Below, in pieces: positions 16,332 through 20,000 of a stretch of 20,000 bases of DNA (its first letter is position 1; every line of letters begins with the position of its first letter). This stretch comes from an uncultured virus (IMG/VR IMGVR_UViG_3300037963_002172). Taxonomy: Duplodnaviria; Heunggongvirae; Uroviricota; Caudoviricetes. The notes under the pieces were generated by a model, which searched no databases, was not told the DNA's origin, and worked only from the letters and a program-made list of their open reading frames with translations. The stretch lies in the IMG/VR virus record IMGVR_UViG_3300037963_002172, one strand, 5' to 3'. Made by a program: the position numbers and the translations under genes.

Positions 16332-16351
16332 TTGGTCGTATACGACTAATT
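16332..16351 (+). repeat. quasi-palindrome copy 5
   Basis: TTGGTCGTATACGACTAATT. Confidence 0.9.
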
Positions 16352-16770
16352 ATTTTTATATCTGTTGTTCAGGGTGTTACAAAAATTTAACTGGAGCGTG
16401 TTCAATTAGTTTTGTTTGGGGTGTTTTTAGGCGGGTAATAGGCGGCCTTTAATCTCTGTTTAAGAGCATTAAAGTTTTATTATTTACCCCGATATTAAAA
16501 TAAAAAAGTAATTCCCCCTATGATTTATTTTTACTGGTAAAAAAATCGTAGAATAATTAGGGCAAATGAGACAATAAAAAAACTATTCTTATCTGTAGCA
16601 GCTATTTTAAAAAAGCTAAAAAAATCTAGATAAAACGAAAAAAAATCAGACCCCACCTTGCAAAAAAAAAATCGTTTTCTGTCAGCGGCACACAGCGTAT
16701 ATCGGTATGGAACCTCTCACCTCTAATTATCTCATATAAATTTTGTATCTTTACAAAAAAAATAATAGTT

Positions 16771-17022
16771 ATGTCTTATCAAAAACCTAACCCGAGTCCT
16801 AAGGTTGTACTAAAGCAGCCTTCAGCTAGTAACTACGTTGATGGATTAGAAATCAGAAACGGTAGATTAATCAATATGCGTCCTGCGTCTATGATGGGTA
16901 TTGAACAAGCTGCAATGTATAGACAGCAAATGAAGAAGCAATACAAAATAGATTGCATAGCAGACGGAATTGAAAGAGCGAAAATGAGAATGGACGGAGA
17001 TAGAGATATATACGAAATGTAA
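16771..17022 (+). CDS. hypothetical protein (83 aa)
   Basis: ORF with a TATCTTTA box at 16746-16753 upstream and a terminator downstream. Confidence 0.7.
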   Translation: MSYQKPNPSPKVVLKQPSASNYVDGLEIRNGRLINMRPASMMGIEQAAMYRQQMKKQYKIDCIADGIERAKMRMDGDRDIYEM

Positions 17023-17053
17023 CAATATAGTTTGTTTGTTTGTTTGTTGAGAG

Positions 17054-17086
17054 AAAGGGGGTAACAATCAGTTATCCTCTTTTTTT
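17054..17086 (+). terminator. intrinsic terminator
   Basis: GGGGGUAAC-AAUCA-GUUAUCCUC followed by a U run. Confidence 0.75.
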
Positions 17087-17270
17087 ATGTCGAGTTGTAA
17101 AGTCTTATGCTGATTTTATGTCAGAAATATGTCGATTATAAAACTGTAAGTACTTGATTTTAAATACTTATGTCGATTATGTCGATTTCAAAACGATTCT
17201 GTATTTAAATTTTTTTTTAATAGTACGTATATAAATATATATATATATGTAAACGCATAGGTTCGACATA
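17086..17270. repeat. iteron-like array B
   Basis: TATGTCG-like units at 17086, 17106, 17117, 17128, 17169 and 17178, an AT-rich tract and an inverted CGACATA at 17264. Confidence 0.75.
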
Positions 17271-17292
17271 GATTCTTTTAATTATAAGTTTG

Positions 17293-17300
17293 TATATTTG
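17293..17300 (+). promoter_or_regulatory. -7 promoter box for groEL
   Basis: TATATTTG 23 nt upstream of the ATG. Confidence 0.6.
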
Positions 17301-17323
17301 CTATAAATTAAATCAAATATAAT

Positions 17324-18952
17324 ATGAACCCACAAGCTGGAGGCTATACGCCCAAAGACCTGAGATTTGGAGAATCAGGCAGAACTTCACTAATAAACGG
17401 AATCACTAAAATTGCTAACGCAGTTAAATCTACACTCGGCCCACGAGGACATACAGTATTGATTGAGTCCCCGAGTCACACACGAGGTATGACTATAACG
17501 AAAGACGGAGTTACTGTAGCTAAGTCAGTAAACTTAATTCATCCAGTAGAAAACCTTGCGGTTACAATGATGAAAGAAGCTGCATCTAATACAGCGACTA
17601 CTGCTGGTGATGGGACTACTACAGCTATTGTATTGACAGAAGCATTAGTAAAAGCTGGTAATGATATAATTAAAGAGAATCATAATAGAACAGAAATACT
17701 ACGAAGTGTTAACTATGAGGTAAAGAATATTATTAAGAGTTTAAAGTCATATTCAAAACCAATTAGTAAAAGAAGATTAAAAGACGTAGCTATTATTTCA
17801 GCGAATGGGGATAAAGAGATAGGTACTATAATATCTAACACATACAACGAGGTTGGTAAGAACGGTATAGTAACAGTCGAGCGTTCACAAACAAGTGATA
17901 CATATAATGAGATTACTAACGGTATCAAGGTAGAGAAAGGTATGAACTCTCCATTGTTTATCAATGACCAGAAAAAAGATGAGTGTGTTTTAGAGGATTG
18001 TTATATATTAGTATGTGATGCGTCAGTAGACAACATACTTAATATTGAAAACATATTAAAACCTATAATACAAGAAAACAAAAAACTATTGATGATATGT
18101 CCAACGAGTGAGAATGTATTGAATACTCTTGCAGCTAATGTTGTAAAACGTAAACTCAATGTATGTAATATTAATCCTCCGCAGTTTGGATATAAACAAA
18201 CGGAACTAATGCAAGACATTGCGGTCTCTGTAAATGCAAAATACTTTTCAGAAAAGACTGGTGATGATTTAAGCTTAATTACTTTTGGTGATTTAGGTCA
18301 CGCTGCTAAGGTGATAGTTAGTAGAGACTCTACAGTCATCATTAAAGACCCCGAAGTTACTGATGCTGTAGTAGAGGAAAGAGTAGAACAACTGTGGGAA
18401 AGTCATAAGTTAACGACAAAAAAAGCAGATAAAGATTTTATCTTGTCTCGAATAGCATCATTAACTGGTGGGATAGGTGTTATATATGTAGGAGGTCAAA
18501 CTGATATTGAACAAAAAGAATTATACGATAGAGTAGATGATGCAGTATGTGCAGTACGTTCAGCATTTGCTGAGGGAATACTACCAGGCGGTGGAACAGC
18601 ATTGTATCATATAGCTAAAGTATACGATACCCTAAGTGACAAAGAAGAAAAAATTTCGAAAAAAATTGCTTACGCAATTTTAGGTAAAGCACTGAAAGCA
18701 CCTCTTCAACAAATATTAACTAATGCAGGTCTAAACGATGAAGAGATATATGAAGGCATCTTAGAACCTAAACACGGATACGATGTAAAGAATGAAATGT
18801 ATGGAGACTTAGTAGAGCTCGGTGTAATAGACCCACTCAAAGTTACTAAGCACGCATTGAAAAATTCTGTATCAGTTGCAACCACTATACTAAGTACTAA
18901 CGCTATAATAACAATGGCTAGAACATATGAAGCAAATGAAACCTCTAAATAA
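17324..18952 (+). CDS. groEL: phage-encoded group I chaperonin GroEL
   Basis: AVKSTLGPRG, ITKDGVTVAK, AGDGTTTA, DRVDDA, EGILPGGG and GVIDPLKVT. Confidence 0.95.
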   Translation: MNPQAGGYTPKDLRFGESGRTSLINGITKIANAVKSTLGPRGHTVLIESPSHTRGMTITKDGVTVAKSVNLIHPVENLAVTMMKEAASNTATTAGDGTTTAIVLTEALVKAGNDIIKENHNRTEILRSVNYEVKNIIKSLKSYSKPISKRRLKDVAIISANGDKEIGTIISNTYNEVGKNGIVTVERSQTSDTYNEITNGIKVEKGMNSPLFINDQKKDECVLEDCYILVCDASVDNILNIENILKPIIQENKKLLMICPTSENVLNTLAANVVKRKLNVCNINPPQFGYKQTELMQDIAVSVNAKYFSEKTGDDLSLITFGDLGHAAKVIVSRDSTVIIKDPEVTDAVVEERVEQLWESHKLTTKKADKDFILSRIASLTGGIGVIYVGGQTDIEQKELYDRVDDAVCAVRSAFAEGILPGGGTALYHIAKVYDTLSDKEEKISKKIAYAILGKALKAPLQQILTNAGLNDEEIYEGILEPKHGYDVKNEMYGDLVELGVIDPLKVTKHALKNSVSVATTILSTNAIITMARTYEANETSK

Positions 18953-19193
18953 ATATATAGCAGTAGATATTATCGAAGAAGAAATAACTACAGACTCAGG
19001 ATTAATATTGTCAGACAAAGACAAAGACTCATTACGTTATCGTAAAGCTGTAGTCATAGAACCAGGTACAGAGGTTACAACTCTATCTAAGGGAGATACT
19101 ATCTATTATGATAGTAGGTCAGGATACACTATGTTGATTGACAATGTAAAGTGTACAATTATTTCTGAGAGAGACGTTGTAGTTGTTGTCTAG
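18927..19193 (+). CDS. groES: co-chaperonin GroES (start may be the second ATG, MKPLNK)
   Basis: MKPL...EEEITTDSGLILS (mobile loop)...GD.IYY...IISERDVV. Confidence 0.88.
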   Translation: MKQMKPLNKYIAVDIIEEEITTDSGLILSDKDKDSLRYRKAVVIEPGTEVTTLSKGDTIYYDSRSGYTMLIDNVKCTIISERDVVVVV

Positions 19194-19590
19194 ATTTATT
19201 TAAATCTTTTATAAAGTTCCTATATACTTTATCAGTATAAGATACCTTTCTTAAAAATAACGGATTGTCTTTTGACATTGGTATGTCTTCACCGTTAAGT
19301 TTCTTATATATACTATTGATTACCCTCTTAGCTTTATAAGACAATTGATATAAAGCTTTTTGTTTACCAGAACGTTTACGAAAAACTTCTATCCACTTGT
19401 CCCTCAATAACTTATCAAACCTATTGACATTCCAACTCAAGAGTTCATCAAACTCTTTAAACTTGTCTTTGCTAAAGTAATCTTCTGAGTATAAAAACAA
19501 CATCATATCTAACTCTCCAGTAGTCAAACCATACTTTGCTTTTACCCAATAACGTACAACACGCCAGTACTTTAAGTAATTAAATTCCAT
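19159..19590 (-). CDS. putative winged-helix (MarR-like) DNA-binding protein
   Basis: YGLTTGELDMMLFLY...FDKLLRDKWIEVFR...LYQLSYKAKRVI. Confidence 0.6.
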   Translation of the reverse strand: MEFNYLKYWRVVRYWVKAKYGLTTGELDMMLFLYSEDYFSKDKFKEFDELLSWNVNRFDKLLRDKWIEVFRKRSGKQKALYQLSYKAKRVINSIYKKLNGEDIPMSKDNPLFLRKVSYTDKVYRNFIKDLNKSRQQLQRLSQK

Positions 19591-19603
19591 TTTAATAAAT
19601 TTG

Positions 19604-19611
19604 TATCTTTG
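19604..19611 (+). promoter_or_regulatory. -7 promoter box
   Basis: TATCTTTG 16 nt upstream of the ATG at 19628. Confidence 0.55.
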
Positions 19612-19627
19612 TAAAAATAAGAAAATA

Positions 19628-19789
19628 ATGGCAGATACAGATTACAATTATTTAGAGGAGTGGAAAAAGTCCGCTAAAAAAAATAAAAAGACTACCAAAG
19701 TATATAATAAACCTAAACGAAAAAAGATATTAGGATTGGCAGGTCTACAAACATTTGCCGCTACGTATAAACCTAAAGATAAAAAATAA
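19628..19789 (+). CDS. small basic protein (MADTDYNY...)
   Basis: In-frame ATG of ORF 19601..19789, downstream of the promoter box. Confidence 0.55.
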   Translation: MADTDYNYLEEWKKSAKKNKKTTKVYNKPKRKKILGLAGLQTFAATYKPKDKK

Positions 19790-19944
19790 TGCCAACAGTT
19801 AATTACAGTTGTCCAGACACGGGCAAGCCAATGAAAAAAGAATTTCCATATACAGCAGTGGGTAAAGCACAAGCTGATACCTTTGCAAAACTTATGGGTG
19901 GTAAGAAAAAAAATAATCCTAACAGATATTCAAGCGGGTACTAA
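19789..19944 (+). CDS. small hypothetical protein (51 aa, MPTVNYSCPDTGKPMKKEFPY...)
   Basis: Translated by hand; TAATG coupling at both ends. Confidence 0.6.
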   Translation: MPTVNYSCPDTGKPMKKEFPYTAVGKAQADTFAKLMGGKKKNNPNRYSSGY

Positions 19945-20000
19945 TGGCTAAGAAAGGAAGAACTAAAGGAAACAAGATTTGTCCCGCAGGAATCGCTTGG
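19944..20000 (+). CDS. 5' end of a gene running off the window (MAKKGRTKGNKICPAGIAW...)
   Basis: TAATG-coupled start; frame open to the window edge. Confidence 0.55.
   Translation, partial: MAKKGRTKGNKICPAGIAW

Noticed and set aside
16867..18219. Minus-strand ORFs 16867..17067, 17713..17964 and 18001..18219 (also 19648..19872)
   Set aside because: Antisense to better-supported plus-strand genes, including groEL.
17324..19193. Host chromosomal groE operon marking a prophage boundary
   Set aside because: The sequence is divergent, the GGM tail is absent, phage-like small ORFs lie on both sides, and the array B element is shared with the phage arm. No integrase or att site was seen.

Overview
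AT-rich dsDNA phage genome segment. The host is most likely Bacteroidota (Flavobacteriia-like), inferred from TAnnTTTG/TTTG promoters, A-rich leaders without Shine-Dalgarno sequences and a VirE-N/BT4734-type primase. A ~15.7 kb minus-strand arm (489-16141) carries small early ORFs, an amidoligase / class-II glutamine amidotransferase / gamma-glutamylcyclotransferase module, DUF3310, two stand-alone DnaA domain-IV proteins, an SSAP, a RecE-like exonuclease, an SSB, a primase-helicase, an SNF2 helicase, a VRR-NUC nuclease and a metallophosphoesterase. A ~630 bp non-coding strand switch precedes a plus-strand arm with groEL-groES. Four non-obvious signals stand out. (1) A 16-bp quasi-palindrome, TTGGTCGTnnACGACT, occurs five times, twice inside genes. 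(2) Two distant iteron-like arrays share identical 11/11/41/9-bp spacing of TATGTCG. (3) A variant type III hammerhead ribozyme abuts a small pseudoknot between two early genes. (4) An in-frame TGA splits an otherwise continuous GATase-GGCT fusion. All calls come from reading motifs by eye; no database searches were run.
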